Assembly: GCA_045648945.1 (NCBI GenBank)
Contig: JAZROX010000047.1
Location: 13,615-77,614, forward strand
DNA length: 64,000 nucleotides
Origin: Candidatus Enterousia sp.
GTDB taxonomy: Bacteria; Pseudomonadota; Alphaproteobacteria; Rs-D84
Reading direction: 5' to 3'
In this document: one piece after another, positions 15,353 through 25,210 of the stretch
Layout of the letters: every line of letters begins with the position of its first letter
How positions within the stretch are numbered: the first letter of the stretch is position 1
Translations under genes and position numbers: made by a program
The notes under the pieces: model-generated
The model's input: the letters and a program-made list of their open reading frames with translations, nothing else
Told to the model about the DNA's origin: nothing
Databases searched by the model: none

Positions 15353-16522
15353 ATGAAACTGCGGACATTGGAGGATGCGGCTTTGCGTGGCAAGTATGTA
15401 TTACTGCGCGATGATTTTAATGTGCAAATTGTTAATGGAAAAATTACCGAAGGATTTCGTATAGAGCGCAGCATGCCAACGATTGAATTCCTGCGTAATG
15501 CGGGGGCACGTGTTGCGATTTGTTCGCACCTGGGCCGGCCAAAGGGCGTGCGCGATATGAAATATTCGCTGCGGCCCGTGGCGGAATATATGAAATTGCC
15601 GTTGATTGAAGATTGCCTTAATCGAGATTTTATGGCGGATATGCGTGATGGTGATGTGGTGCTGCTTGAAAACGTTAGGTTCTATGCGGGCGAAGAAGAA
15701 AACGATTCGGAATTTTCGCGTATGTTGGCATCCGGGTTCGATTTGTTCGTGAATGATGCGTTCGCCGTTTCGCACCGTGCACACGCCAGTACCGTTGGCG
15801 TAACAAATTTTTTGCCGTCCTATGCGGGACTGTTGTTGAATGGTGAAATTGAAAACCTGACCGCGGTAATGGAAAGCCCGACACATCCGGTGTTGTCCAT
15901 TGTTGCGGGGTCCAAGGTTTCAACCAAGATTGGTGTTTTGCGCGCATTGATAAAATTGTCTGATACGGTTATCGTTGGTGGCGCATTGGGAACAACGTTT
16001 AATTTTGCGTGTGGCGAACCGGTTGGAAATTCATTGTTTGAAGCAGACCAGGCGGAAAATGCACGCGCAATTATGGCATATGCGCGGGAAAATAATTGTC
16101 GATTTTTATTGCCGTTGGACAAAGGGGTGGGGCCGGTGTTTGAACCCGACGCACCACGCACCGATAAAGACATTGCGGATATAAAATCGGACGATGTTAT
16201 TATTGATGGTGGACCCAAAACCGCCGCGCGTGATGCCGATGAAATAGGGCGCGCATCAACGGTTATTTGGAACGGCACGGTTGGTATGGCGGAATGGCAA
16301 CCCACGTGGTCATATGGTTCGTTTGCGATTGCGCGTGCGATTGCGGAAAATACGCGTGCCGGAAAATTAAAAAGCATTGTTGGTGGGGGGGACACGGTTG
16401 CGGCCCTGGATGCGTGCGGCGTGATGGATGATATAACGTATGTCTCAACGGGCGGCGGCGCGTTTCTGGAATTTATCGAGGGTCGCGAATTACCCGGCAT
16501 CGCGGTGTTGATTGAGAAATAA
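15353..16522 (+). CDS. pgk: phosphoglycerate kinase
   Basis: 389 aa. VLLRDDFNV...ICSHLGRPKG...GGGDTVAA...STGGGAFLEF. Confidence 0.95.
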   Translation: MKLRTLEDAALRGKYVLLRDDFNVQIVNGKITEGFRIERSMPTIEFLRNAGARVAICSHLGRPKGVRDMKYSLRPVAEYMKLPLIEDCLNRDFMADMRDGDVVLLENVRFYAGEEENDSEFSRMLASGFDLFVNDAFAVSHRAHASTVGVTNFLPSYAGLLLNGEIENLTAVMESPTHPVLSIVAGSKVSTKIGVLRALIKLSDTVIVGGALGTTFNFACGEPVGNSLFEADQAENARAIMAYARENNCRFLLPLDKGVGPVFEPDAPRTDKDIADIKSDDVIIDGGPKTAARDADEIGRASTVIWNGTVGMAEWQPTWSYGSFAIARAIAENTRAGKLKSIVGGGDTVAALDACGVMDDITYVSTGGGAFLEFIEGRELPGIAVLIEK

Positions 16523-16540
16523 TATTTCGTTAATATAATA

Positions 16541-16566
16541 AAACCCGCAGAATTCTGCGGGTTTTA
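16541..16566. terminator. bidirectional terminator (pgk / DUF805 gene)
   Basis: AAAACCCGCAG-AATT-CTGCGGGTTTTAT. Confidence 0.75.
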
Positions 16567-16585
16567 TCGATGTATTATAATATCT

Positions 16586-17032
16586 TTATCTCTTGCTTGG
16601 TAAACAACCAACAACAATGCAGAATACCAAGAACAACATAAAGAACAACGAATATCCCACCATTCCCGATGTTACCGCGTTGATAGATAACATTTTGTAC
16701 CATGCCGCGCCGCGCACAATCGGCACAACATAAATAACCAACATCGGAATGATATACAGCCAAACCGAAATGCCCGCATCACGGAAACGACGTACCGACA
16801 ATGACATTGACGGAATGAACAAAATCGCACTAACAATCGTTGCGATAATTCCACCAAACAACGCTGCAAAAATCCAATTCACGATAAATACAAACAAAAC
16901 CCCGAACCAGAATTCCGCACGTGACGCGCGGCCCATAAAATCAAAATACCCCGTCCAGAAATTTGTAATTGCCGTTCCAAAACCCATCATAGAAGGTGAT
17001 GCCCGACGAACAGTTTTCTTTTTTGTAACCAT
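16586..17032 (-). CDS. DUF805-family inner-membrane protein
   Basis: GRASRAEFWFGVLF...LSVRRFRDAGIS pattern with several TM segments. Confidence 0.7.
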   Translation of the reverse strand: MVTKKKTVRRASPSMMGFGTAITNFWTGYFDFMGRASRAEFWFGVLFVFIVNWIFAALFGGIIATIVSAILFIPSMSLSVRRFRDAGISVWLYIIPMLVIYVVPIVRGAAWYKMLSINAVTSGMVGYSLFFMLFLVFCIVVGCLPSKR

Positions 17033-17067
17033 ATTTTTCCCCTTTGGTAATTTGTTATACGTCTGTA

Positions 17068-17727
17068 TTATAAATTATTTTTATACCCCAATGCAACAAT
17101 AAACATTTCCACAGAATCACGCCGCGATGCGTTCGGTTTGACATGATGAACCGATTCGAATTTTTCTTTGATTTGTTTTAACAATTCGTTTGTTGTGCCG
17201 CCGGTAAAAGACTTTGCCACAAATGTTCCCCCCGGCTTTAACGCGCGGCACGCAAAATCAAACGCATATTCCAATAAAACCATTTGTCGCAAATGATCCG
17301 TCTTTTGATGGCCGACGGTATTTGGTGCCATATCGGACACGACGACATCTACCGCGCCATTCGCATTTTCATCCAAGTGCAACTTTTCGGTTAACCAATC
17401 CAATGCGGCATCGGTGGTAAAATCACCCTTGTAAAATTCGACACCATTTATAGGCGTTATATCCAACAAATCCATCGCAAAGATTTTTGTTTTTGGAAAA
17501 GTTCGCGCAATGAATTGTGACCAAGAACCCGGCGCCGCGCCCAAGTCGACAACCACCTGGCCATTTTTCAAAAATTTGTATTTATCATTTATTTCGATAA
17601 GTTTATATGCCGCGCGCGCGCGATACCCATCCGCGTGTGCACGCGCAACATACGGATCAGATGCCTGGCGTTGTAACCATGCAACCGAAGATTTATGTTT
17701 TGCGATTTTTTTATTTTGTATTTTCAT
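17068..17727 (-). CDS. rlmE: 23S rRNA (uridine-2'-O)-methyltransferase RlmE/FtsJ
   Basis: SSVAWLQRQASDPYV...YRARAAYKLIEI...VVDLGAAPGSWSQ...VVSDMAPN. Confidence 0.92.
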   Translation of the reverse strand: MKIQNKKIAKHKSSVAWLQRQASDPYVARAHADGYRARAAYKLIEINDKYKFLKNGQVVVDLGAAPGSWSQFIARTFPKTKIFAMDLLDITPINGVEFYKGDFTTDAALDWLTEKLHLDENANGAVDVVVSDMAPNTVGHQKTDHLRQMVLLEYAFDFACRALKPGGTFVAKSFTGGTTNELLKQIKEKFESVHHVKPNASRRDSVEMFIVALGYKNNL

Positions 17728-17932
17728 TTTGTTGCTTTAACAACTTTGTTTTAAAACGACACATCGCACAATAACTGCTGCGGAACATTTTTTCTTTGAA
17801 GAAACGCGATTGCGCCACAGGTGACATAAAACCATTCGTTTCAACCAAGTAAATCAATTTCCATCCCAATAATTTGCCCGTCTTTTCATCATAAACCGGT
17901 TTAGACCGCATTCCGTTAAATTCATTCATCAT
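17711..17932 (-). CDS. small hypothetical protein, 73 aa
   Basis: ORF between the SRP54-M-like gene and rlmE, overlapping the rlmE start by 17 nt. No motif. Confidence 0.35.
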   Translation of the reverse strand: MMNEFNGMRSKPVYDEKTGKLLGWKLIYLVETNGFMSPVAQSRFFKEKMFRSSYCAMCRFKTKLLKQQNENTK

Positions 17933-17944
17933 TTTTCCCTTTTC

Positions 17945-18451
17945 TTATTTTGTGCCCGGAACACCGCCCTGTTTCATGCGTTCCATAACGGCCTCCATTC
18001 CGCCCATACGTTGAATCATGGCCATTTGCTGTTTCATTTTCAGGTATTGTTTAATAATATGTTCAACATCACGAACCGTCACGCCTGCGGTTTCGGCAAT
18101 ACGTGCCTTGGCATTTGCAAAGATTTTTTCCGGATCGGCACGTTCGGTTGCCGTCATCGCTTCCAGTATTTTAATCTGGGCATCGACACTGCCGTCTTTG
18201 ATTTTTTCTTTCATGGCATTAACCGCGCCCGACATGCCCGGTACCATTTTAAGCAGACCGCTAAAATTACTCATTTTTTTAATCTGTTTCAATTGCGCCA
18301 ACATATCGTTCATGTCGAATTGGCCGGCCATCATGCGTTCGGCGGTTTCTTTCATGCCTTTGGGCACTTTGGGTTCTTCTATTTCCGGTGCTACGGTGTT
18401 TTCGATTTTATTTTCGGTTGCTTCTTTTTTCTTTCTTCCAAAACCAAACAT
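17945..18451 (-). CDS. stand-alone SRP54 (Ffh) M-domain-like protein
   Basis: 168 aa. GQFDMNDMLAQLKQIKKMSNFSGLLKMVPGMSG and MTATERADPEKI...ARIAETAGVTVRDVEHIIKQYLKMKQQM align by eye with the E. coli Ffh M domain (FDLNDFLEQLRQMKNMGGMASLMGKLPGMG...MTMKERAKPEII...RRIAAGSGMQVQDVNRLLKQFDDMQRMM). There is no NG GTPase domain upstream, because uvrA ends at 18497. Confidence 0.75.
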   Translation of the reverse strand: MFGFGRKKKEATENKIENTVAPEIEEPKVPKGMKETAERMMAGQFDMNDMLAQLKQIKKMSNFSGLLKMVPGMSGAVNAMKEKIKDGSVDAQIKILEAMTATERADPEKIFANAKARIAETAGVTVRDVEHIIKQYLKMKQQMAMIQRMGGMEAVMERMKQGGVPGTK

Positions 18452-18496
18452 TTTCGTTCTCCTTTGTGATTATGATTATATATTATCAATAAAATT

Positions 18497-21340
18497 TTAT
18501 TTGTCCAGGTATCGTCGCAGATATTTTCCCGTCAGAGAATTTGGATTGTCCGCGACAGTTTCGGGCGTGCCAACGGCAATGACTTTTCCACCGCCCGCGC
18601 CACCCGTTGGTCCCAAATCTATAATCCAATCCGCGGTTTTGATAACTTCTAGATTATGTTCAATAACAATAACGGTATTTCCTTGTTCAACCAATTCATG
18701 CAAGACATTTAACAATTGTTTTATATCTTCAAAATGCAAACCGGTTGTTGGTTCATCCAAGATGTAAAGAGTTTGCCCCGTACTGCGTGCCGCCAATTCG
18801 CGTGACAATTTTATACGCTGGGCCTCGCCCCCCGACAAATCCAAAGAACTTTGACCAAGTTTTATATAATCCAACCCAACGCGTTTCAATAATTCCAATT
18901 TACGACTTATTTGCGGATGATTGATAAAGAACCGATACGCTTCGTCCACGGTCATATTCAACACATCCGCAATCGATTTGCCTTTATATTTCACAGCCAA
19001 TGTTTCTTCGTTATATCGCGTGCCGTGACATTTATCGCATTCTACATAAACGTCCGCCAAGAAATTCATTTCTATTTTAATCTGGCCATCACCTTGGCAC
19101 GCCTCGCACCGGCCGCCTTTGACATTAAACGAAAAACGTCCGGGACCGTAACCGCGTGCTTTGGCCTCGGGCAATTCGGCAAAGAAGTCACGAATGTTTG
19201 AAAATACACCGGTATATGTGGCGGGGTTGCTGCGCGGGCTGCGTCCAATGGGTGATTGGTCAATATCAACAACTTTATCAATGTTTTCCATGCCACGAAT
19301 AACATCGTGTGCGCCACATTCAATTTTAGAATTATACAACGCGCGCATCAATGCCGGATACAAAGTATTTAATAACAATGTTGATTTGCCCGAACCCGAC
19401 ACGCCCGTCAGTGCGATAAATTTTCCCAATGGAAATTCAACGTCTATATTTTTAAGGTTGTTTTCCCGTGCACCGCAAATCTTGATAGATTCGCCGTTGC
19501 CTGCGCGCCGCTTTTTCGGAACCGGAATTTTCTTTTTCCCCGATAGGTATTGTCCGGTCAAAGAATCTTTGTTTTTAATCACCTGGGCCGGTGTTCCGGC
19601 GGCAATAATATTTCCACCGTTTACACCCGCACCACGTCCAATATCAACCAACCAATCCGCCGCGCGCATTGCGTCTTCGTCATGTTCGACCACAATCACA
19701 CTGTTGTCTTTATCGCGCAGCATTTTAAGTGTGTCCAACAATTTATCATTATCACTTTGATGCAAACCAATTGACGGTTCATCCAATACATACAGGACAC
19801 CGGACAGGCCACTGCCGATTTGGGACGCAAGACGTATACGTTGCGCTTCGCCACCCGACAGTGTTCCCGACATACGCGACATTGTTAAATAACCCAACCC
19901 CACATTTTTTAGGAATAACAGACGCGACGTAATTTCACGTAGCACCATTCGCGCGATATCATTTTCTTGTTGGGTCAAATGATTCGGTAAATCCACAAAC
20001 CAATTATAAGAATCATCAACCGCCATATCACACACATCGATAATATCTGCACCGTTTATTTTTACACATAATGCCTGGATATTTAATCGTTTCCCATGAC
20101 ATACCGGGCACGGTTTTTCCGATTGATATTTAGCCAGTTCCGCCCGCACCGCATCGGATTCAGATTCACGCCACCGACGTTCAATATTGTTCACGACACC
20201 TTCGAACGGTTTTTCATAAATGAATCCATTCCAATTTATTTTAATCGGTTTATCACCCGTCCCATAAAGAACGATATCTTTTTGTTCGGACGTCAATAAA
20301 TGCCATGGTTTTGAAAGTGGAATTTTATATTGTTTATGCAACGCGTCCAACAAATGGTCAAATTGACTTAACATGCCACCACGTGACCATGGTGCAATTG
20401 CGCCATCCAATATAGATTTTGATGGGTCGGGAATAATCAAATCGGGCGACATGTTTAGCTGAACCCCTAAACCATCGCATGCACTGCATGCGCCCATTGG
20501 TGCATTAAAAGAAAATAGTCGCGGTTCAATTTTTGGCACCGCAAAACCACTAACGGGACACGCATAATTTTGCGAATACAAAATATCTTCATTCGTATCC
20601 AGGCGTCGCACCAAAACCGAACCCGGCACCAATCGTAACGAACCTTCGAATGACGCGTACATGCGTGAACGAAAATCTTCCATATCCGATTCGGGTGCAT
20701 CCGATGCCGGCATTTGAATACGATCGACAATTACAAAAATATTATGTTTTTTGTTTTTATCCAACGATGGTGGTGCGGCCAAATCGTATAATTCATTATC
20801 AATAATAACACGTTGATAGCCTTGCTTTACCAAAAATGCCAATTCTTTTTTATATTCACCTTTGCGGTCACGAACCAGCGGCGCCATAATATACAAACGC
20901 ACGCCGGCCGGAATATTCATAGTTTGTTCGACCATTTCCGCAATGGTCTGGGATTTAATCGGCAGGCCGGTCACCGGCGAATGTGGCACACCAATACGCG
21001 CCCATAATAGGCGTAAATAGTCATAAATTTCTGTAACGGTTCCAACGGTGGAACGTGGATTTTTAGATGTGGTTTTTTGTTCGATAGAAATTGCCGGGGC
21101 CAAACCTTCAATCAAATCAACATCTGGTTTTTTCTGCATATCCAAAAATTGTCGTGCATAACTGGACAAAGATTCCACATACCGACGTTGTCCTTCGGCA
21201 TAAATCGTATTGAATGCCAACGAAGACTTTCCCGAACCAGACACACCGGTCAAGACCACCAATTTATTTTTTGGTATGTCTAAATCAATGTTTTTAAGAT
21301 TATTTTCGCGTGCACCGCGAATTTTTATAACACCACTCAT
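18497..21340 (-). CDS. uvrA: excinuclease ABC subunit A
   Basis: 947 aa. Two ABC ATPase modules ([18 protein letters not shown] twice) and zinc-finger cysteines. Confidence 0.97.
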   Translation of the reverse strand: MSGVIKIRGARENNLKNIDLDIPKNKLVVLTGVSGSGKSSLAFNTIYAEGQRRYVESLSSYARQFLDMQKKPDVDLIEGLAPAISIEQKTTSKNPRSTVGTVTEIYDYLRLLWARIGVPHSPVTGLPIKSQTIAEMVEQTMNIPAGVRLYIMAPLVRDRKGEYKKELAFLVKQGYQRVIIDNELYDLAAPPSLDKNKKHNIFVIVDRIQMPASDAPESDMEDFRSRMYASFEGSLRLVPGSVLVRRLDTNEDILYSQNYACPVSGFAVPKIEPRLFSFNAPMGACSACDGLGVQLNMSPDLIIPDPSKSILDGAIAPWSRGGMLSQFDHLLDALHKQYKIPLSKPWHLLTSEQKDIVLYGTGDKPIKINWNGFIYEKPFEGVVNNIERRWRESESDAVRAELAKYQSEKPCPVCHGKRLNIQALCVKINGADIIDVCDMAVDDSYNWFVDLPNHLTQQENDIARMVLREITSRLLFLKNVGLGYLTMSRMSGTLSGGEAQRIRLASQIGSGLSGVLYVLDEPSIGLHQSDNDKLLDTLKMLRDKDNSVIVVEHDEDAMRAADWLVDIGRGAGVNGGNIIAAGTPAQVIKNKDSLTGQYLSGKKKIPVPKKRRAGNGESIKICGARENNLKNIDVEFPLGKFIALTGVSGSGKSTLLLNTLYPALMRALYNSKIECGAHDVIRGMENIDKVVDIDQSPIGRSPRSNPATYTGVFSNIRDFFAELPEAKARGYGPGRFSFNVKGGRCEACQGDGQIKIEMNFLADVYVECDKCHGTRYNEETLAVKYKGKSIADVLNMTVDEAYRFFINHPQISRKLELLKRVGLDYIKLGQSSLDLSGGEAQRIKLSRELAARSTGQTLYILDEPTTGLHFEDIKQLLNVLHELVEQGNTVIVIEHNLEVIKTADWIIDLGPTGGAGGGKVIAVGTPETVADNPNSLTGKYLRRYLDK

Positions 21341-21392
21341 AGCGTTCAGAATATAGAACTTTTATAAAGATTTTCAATGGGCCGATTAAAAA

Positions 21393-22364
21393 TTACTGTT
21401 CGGATTTTTTTACATCCGTTTCATTTTTCTTGGCGTCCGTGTCGGCCTTTTTGGTATTCGTATCGGGCTTCTTGTTCGCCGTTTCGGTCTTTTTCGTACC
21501 TGTATCGGTTTTTTTGATTCCCAATAATGTGTCTGCATCCATCAGCACGCCGGTTTTACGAACATTGTCACCACCAACATGTGGCGCCAATTCGCCGCGT
21601 ACCCAAACGTCGATTCCGCCGGCATTGCCAAACGTCGCCTTGTGTTTGTTCCCGGCCGGCATATAGTAAATATCACCCGGGACCAATACGCGGCTAAATA
21701 CCGTTTTACCACGCGCATCTTCAATTTTGACCCAAGATTCTTGGATTGATTGCAGAACAATCTCGCCCGATTCACGATTTTCTAAACCAAACCGTTCACG
21801 CACAGGTTGTTGATATGCCGGTTCATTGCTAATAACTTGCACCGTTGTGTCGGCAACTACATTCTCTTCTTTCGACGGTATCATCAACATAGTTGCGATA
21901 CCCGCCAAAACCACAAGCAACACAAGTCCGCCAACAAACCATTTCCAATATTTAACAACAAACTTGCACGCTGCGCTATCCTTGACCTTGCCAAGTTGTT
22001 TTACAAAATCCTCTTTGTTTTGTGCGACCTTTTGTGGTTCATGTTTTTCAACCGGTGTCGTCGCCGTTTCGTCAACATTGCGTTTTCCGATACCAAGTTC
22101 CTGTTTGATTTTGTTTACAATAAGATCCGGGTCCAACCCCAATTCCATTGCATAGTTCCGTGCAAACCCCAAGATATAAACCGTTTCCGGCAACGCGGTA
22201 TAATCACCCGCTTCCAGGGCCATTAAGAATTCTTCGCGTATGCAAAGTTGCTTTGCGATTGTTGGTATTTCGCGTTTGCGCCGGCCCGTTGTTCGGGCAT
22301 CGCGTAAAATCTCGCCCGCCGTCATTTCGGCGTTTATTTTCATATCATTGATTTCTTCTGCCAT
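21393..22364 (-). CDS. rodZ: RodZ-like cytoskeleton protein (HTH + TM + DUF4115-like) with Lys/Thr/Asp heptad-repeat tail
   Basis: AGEILRDARTTGRRKREIPTIAKQLCIREEFLMALEAGDY...GFARNYA, one TM segment. Start set at ATG 22364 (RBS AGGGG). Confidence 0.75.
   Translation of the reverse strand: MAEEINDMKINAEMTAGEILRDARTTGRRKREIPTIAKQLCIREEFLMALEAGDYTALPETVYILGFARNYAMELGLDPDLIVNKIKQELGIGKRNVDETATTPVEKHEPQKVAQNKEDFVKQLGKVKDSAACKFVVKYWKWFVGGLVLLVVLAGIATMLMIPSKEENVVADTTVQVISNEPAYQQPVRERFGLENRESGEIVLQSIQESWVKIEDARGKTVFSRVLVPGDIYYMPAGNKHKATFGNAGGIDVWVRGELAPHVGGDNVRKTGVLMDADTLLGIKKTDTGTKKTETANKKPDTNTKKADTDAKKNETDVKKSEQ
21396..21521 (-). repeat. six degenerate 21-nt (7-aa) tandem repeats encoding xxKKx[DE]T at the RodZ C-terminus
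   Basis: GIKKTDT GTKKTET ANKKPDT NTKKADT DAKKNET DVKKSEQ. Confidence 0.6.
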
Positions 22365-22412
22365 CGCTGCCCCTTTTTTTATATTTATGACCACATCATA
22401 GACCATATATTT

Positions 22413-23327
22413 CTATGCGCAACCCCAAAATTGCAAAATTTCTTGTCGCAGGGTGTCCGGATTGGTTATTCCATTGATTTTAATACGAAATTCGGCCGAA
22501 TTTGCCAGGCCAGCCGAATACCACGCCAAATGTTTGCGAAACATCGGTACGGCTGCATGTGCACCATAGTATTCTATCATTAAATCCAGATGCCGTAATG
22601 CAACCGGTCCAATATTGTCGGGCGCATGTGACACACCCAAAATCTCACCAAAAATCCATGGCCGACCCAGCATTGCGCGGCCAATCATCGCCCCGGAATA
22701 TCCCACCGCCATTACAGATTCAACATCGTTGCGCGTCTTTAAATCGCCATTTGCGATAATTGGAATTGGCATATTATCGATTGCCGGATGAACGGCCCCC
22801 CCCGCATAACCCGCCGCCCGCGTACGTCCATGCAGCACCGCCCATGCCGCACCGTTATCGGCCGCGACATGAATTAAATCCGCCCAATCCATATTATCCG
22901 TGTCCCACCCCAGGCGTGTTTTGATTGATACGGGTATATTAACCGCCCGCACAACCGCATTTATAATTTCGCCAGCCAATTTATGGTCGCGCATCAAGAA
23001 TGCACCGGCCCCGGAACGTGTTGCGACCTTTGGCACCGGACATCCCATGTTTATATCAATCCATGTCGCGCCTGCGTCCGCCAATATTTTTGCGGCGTCC
23101 GCCATTAAATCCGGCACAGCACCAAAAATCTGGGTTCCGACATTACCCTCACGCGAATAATTTTCAAAATTTCGCAGGCAATTTTTATGCCGCCCGACAA
23201 TTGAATGACATGAAATCATTTCTGTAACAACCGGCACATCGGGTGCAAAGTCCCGAATAATTGTCCGAAATGGCAAATCTGAAATGCCCGCCATCGGTGC
23301 AGCAAAAATTTGATTATTGAATAACAT
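22413..23327 (-). CDS. dus: tRNA-dihydrouridine synthase
   Basis: IFAAPMAGISDLPFR...IDINMGCP...LHGRTR. Start chosen at MLFNNQ (23327) to avoid overlap with the divergent ftsB promoter. Confidence 0.88.
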   Translation of the reverse strand: MLFNNQIFAAPMAGISDLPFRTIIRDFAPDVPVVTEMISCHSIVGRHKNCLRNFENYSREGNVGTQIFGAVPDLMADAAKILADAGATWIDINMGCPVPKVATRSGAGAFLMRDHKLAGEIINAVVRAVNIPVSIKTRLGWDTDNMDWADLIHVAADNGAAWAVLHGRTRAAGYAGGAVHPAIDNMPIPIIANGDLKTRNDVESVMAVGYSGAMIGRAMLGRPWIFGEILGVSHAPDNIGPVALRHLDLMIEYYGAHAAVPMFRKHLAWYSAGLANSAEFRIKINGITNPDTLRQEILQFWGCA

Positions 23328-23346
23328 TTGTGATATAATGACACGC

Positions 23347-23673
23347 ATGAAAGACAAAATCAAAAATTTATTTGGGTTTATTGGTCGCGCATGGAGTGGC
23401 GGCATTCATGGCAAGGTCGGCGTATTTTTTGCGTTTTTTGCGATGTTCATGTTTGTGCGCATATTTATGGGGGATGTAAATGTTACGCATTTTGTCGCGA
23501 ATATTTGGCACCTGAATACAGAACGCAAAACATTGGCCATGGAACAGAAGAAATTGGAAACGGTTGAAAAGCATATAAGTCTATTAGAAAAATATAGCCC
23601 GGATTATGTGGAAGAATTGGGCCTTAAATATATGAATATTGGCGATCCTGAATTTAAAGTTTTAAAAATTTAA
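23347..23673 (+). CDS. ftsB: septum formation initiator FtsB/DivIC-like
   Basis: TM then coiled coil (LNTERKTLAMEQKKLETVEKHISLL...YVEELGLKYMN). TATAAT at 23333-23338 favours the ATG at 23347. Confidence 0.7.
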   Translation: MKDKIKNLFGFIGRAWSGGIHGKVGVFFAFFAMFMFVRIFMGDVNVTHFVANIWHLNTERKTLAMEQKKLETVEKHISLLEKYSPDYVEELGLKYMNIGDPEFKVLKI

Positions 23674-23692
23674 GTAAAATATATTATATAAA

Positions 23693-23718
23693 AAACCGGC
23701 GAAAATCCGCCGGTTTTT
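23693..23718. terminator. bidirectional terminator (ftsB / ppiD-like)
   Basis: AAAAACCGGCG-AAAATC-CGCCGGTTTTTC. Confidence 0.75.
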
Positions 23719-23733
23719 CATAAACGTCATGTA

Positions 23734-25143
23734 TTATTTTACAAATCTGTTATATGTTTTTTCATTTATTTTGATTGGGTATTCACGTTCCAAATATGCA
23801 TCAAAATCCGCACGAATATGCCCGGATGCCATTTTTGAAACCTCGTCGGTCAATGCGGCCATTTTCTTGTCATCCGGGGTCGGCATTTTTTCACCCGCCA
23901 CATGTATTACATAGAACGCATCCGTATCTTCGACGATGGTATTCTGTCCAATTGCATTTCTGAATGCGGCAACCAAGACCGCCGGCGCGGCACCATCGGT
24001 GCGTGTAACGGTCACAGTTTTTCCGCCCGCCAATTTACCATCATGGTTTAAATCAACCAAAGTTTCATTTGCACGAACGTATGCCATTTTGCGACGTTCC
24101 GCACGTGTCCATTCGGCGACCAAATCTTTTTTGACCGAATCGAATTCCGCGTCATGCGCAGGTGTGATTTTATCAATACGCACGATTACAAATCCATCGC
24201 GCGTTTCAATCATTTCGCTTTCCACACCCGCATCCATATCAAACACGCGTGCAATCATTGCATTATCAAAGAATTTGTCATCCGGCAAATTCTTGGCCGT
24301 CACATTTTCATACTTTTTGTATTTCGCATCATGCGTTTTGGCCGCCGCCGCCAATGTTTCACCGCCGATGATATCATCTTCCATTTTTTGTGCGACCTTC
24401 AGATTTTTTTCATATTCATCGGGTTTATCCATTTCGGTTGATAACAACACGTATGAAATATCGCGCGTTTCATCAACACGATGCGGGTTTTGTTTATAGA
24501 ATTCACGCAATTGTTCATCGGTCGGTGTCGCCACTTTGAAATCAGGGAACTTTACCGTTGCCATATCAATTGTGCGTGACGCGCCACGTGCATTATATGC
24601 CGCACGGACCGCAAATTTTGGTGTTTTGATTTCGGCATCAATTGGTGTTTCGACCATTTTATTTACCGTCTTCATGCGAATATCATTTGCAACATCCGAT
24701 TCGGTAAGGCCCGAATTACGCAAGACGACATCAAATGCCTCGGGTGAAAATTTTCCATTTTCTTGGAATTGCGGAATTTCGCGAATCTCGTTCGCAATTT
24801 TTCGGTCAGATACGGCATAACCCAATTCGTCTGCGTGTTGTTCCAAACGTTTAATAGACGCAATCTTTTTAATAACACCGTCTTGGAACGCGGACATCGC
24901 GGCCGGGTCGGTATACAGCGTCCGTTGTTCTTCCCGTGGCATATCCGACAATTCTTTGGATTTCATATTAGTGTACTGATTGATAGATACTTTTTCACCA
25001 CCAACGCGCATCAGTGTTGTATCCGAAGACGTAAGACCAAACACCCATTCGGCAACGCCCCAACCGACGAATGAAAAGATTAAAATCCCCATCAAGACCT
25101 TCGCGACAGGTTTATCTGCCGCATTACGTAAATATTCTAGCAT
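23734..25143 (-). CDS. periplasmic chaperone PpiD-like (SurA N-terminal-type domain, membrane anchored)
   Basis: Start moved to MLEYLRNAADKPVAKVLMGILIFSFVGWGV (ATG 25143). Long chaperone-like body, no clear PPIase signature seen. Confidence 0.7.
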   Translation of the reverse strand: MLEYLRNAADKPVAKVLMGILIFSFVGWGVAEWVFGLTSSDTTLMRVGGEKVSINQYTNMKSKELSDMPREEQRTLYTDPAAMSAFQDGVIKKIASIKRLEQHADELGYAVSDRKIANEIREIPQFQENGKFSPEAFDVVLRNSGLTESDVANDIRMKTVNKMVETPIDAEIKTPKFAVRAAYNARGASRTIDMATVKFPDFKVATPTDEQLREFYKQNPHRVDETRDISYVLLSTEMDKPDEYEKNLKVAQKMEDDIIGGETLAAAAKTHDAKYKKYENVTAKNLPDDKFFDNAMIARVFDMDAGVESEMIETRDGFVIVRIDKITPAHDAEFDSVKKDLVAEWTRAERRKMAYVRANETLVDLNHDGKLAGGKTVTVTRTDGAAPAVLVAAFRNAIGQNTIVEDTDAFYVIHVAGEKMPTPDDKKMAALTDEVSKMASGHIRADFDAYLEREYPIKINEKTYNRFVK

Positions 25144-25210
25144 TTTATCCCCTTTTGCGGTAACATAGCAGAACAATTCATAAAAAATCAATGAAAAAAA
25201 AGGAAAAAAT

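Noticed and set aside
15820-16500. 226-aa minus-strand ORF inside pgk
   Set aside because: Antisense shadow ORF of a well-supported gene, with Pro/Ser/Ala-rich composition typical of the reverse frame.
18018-18767. 249-aa plus-strand ORF across the SRP54-M-like gene and the uvrA 3' end
   Set aside because: It overlaps two motif-supported minus-strand genes and has shadow-frame composition.
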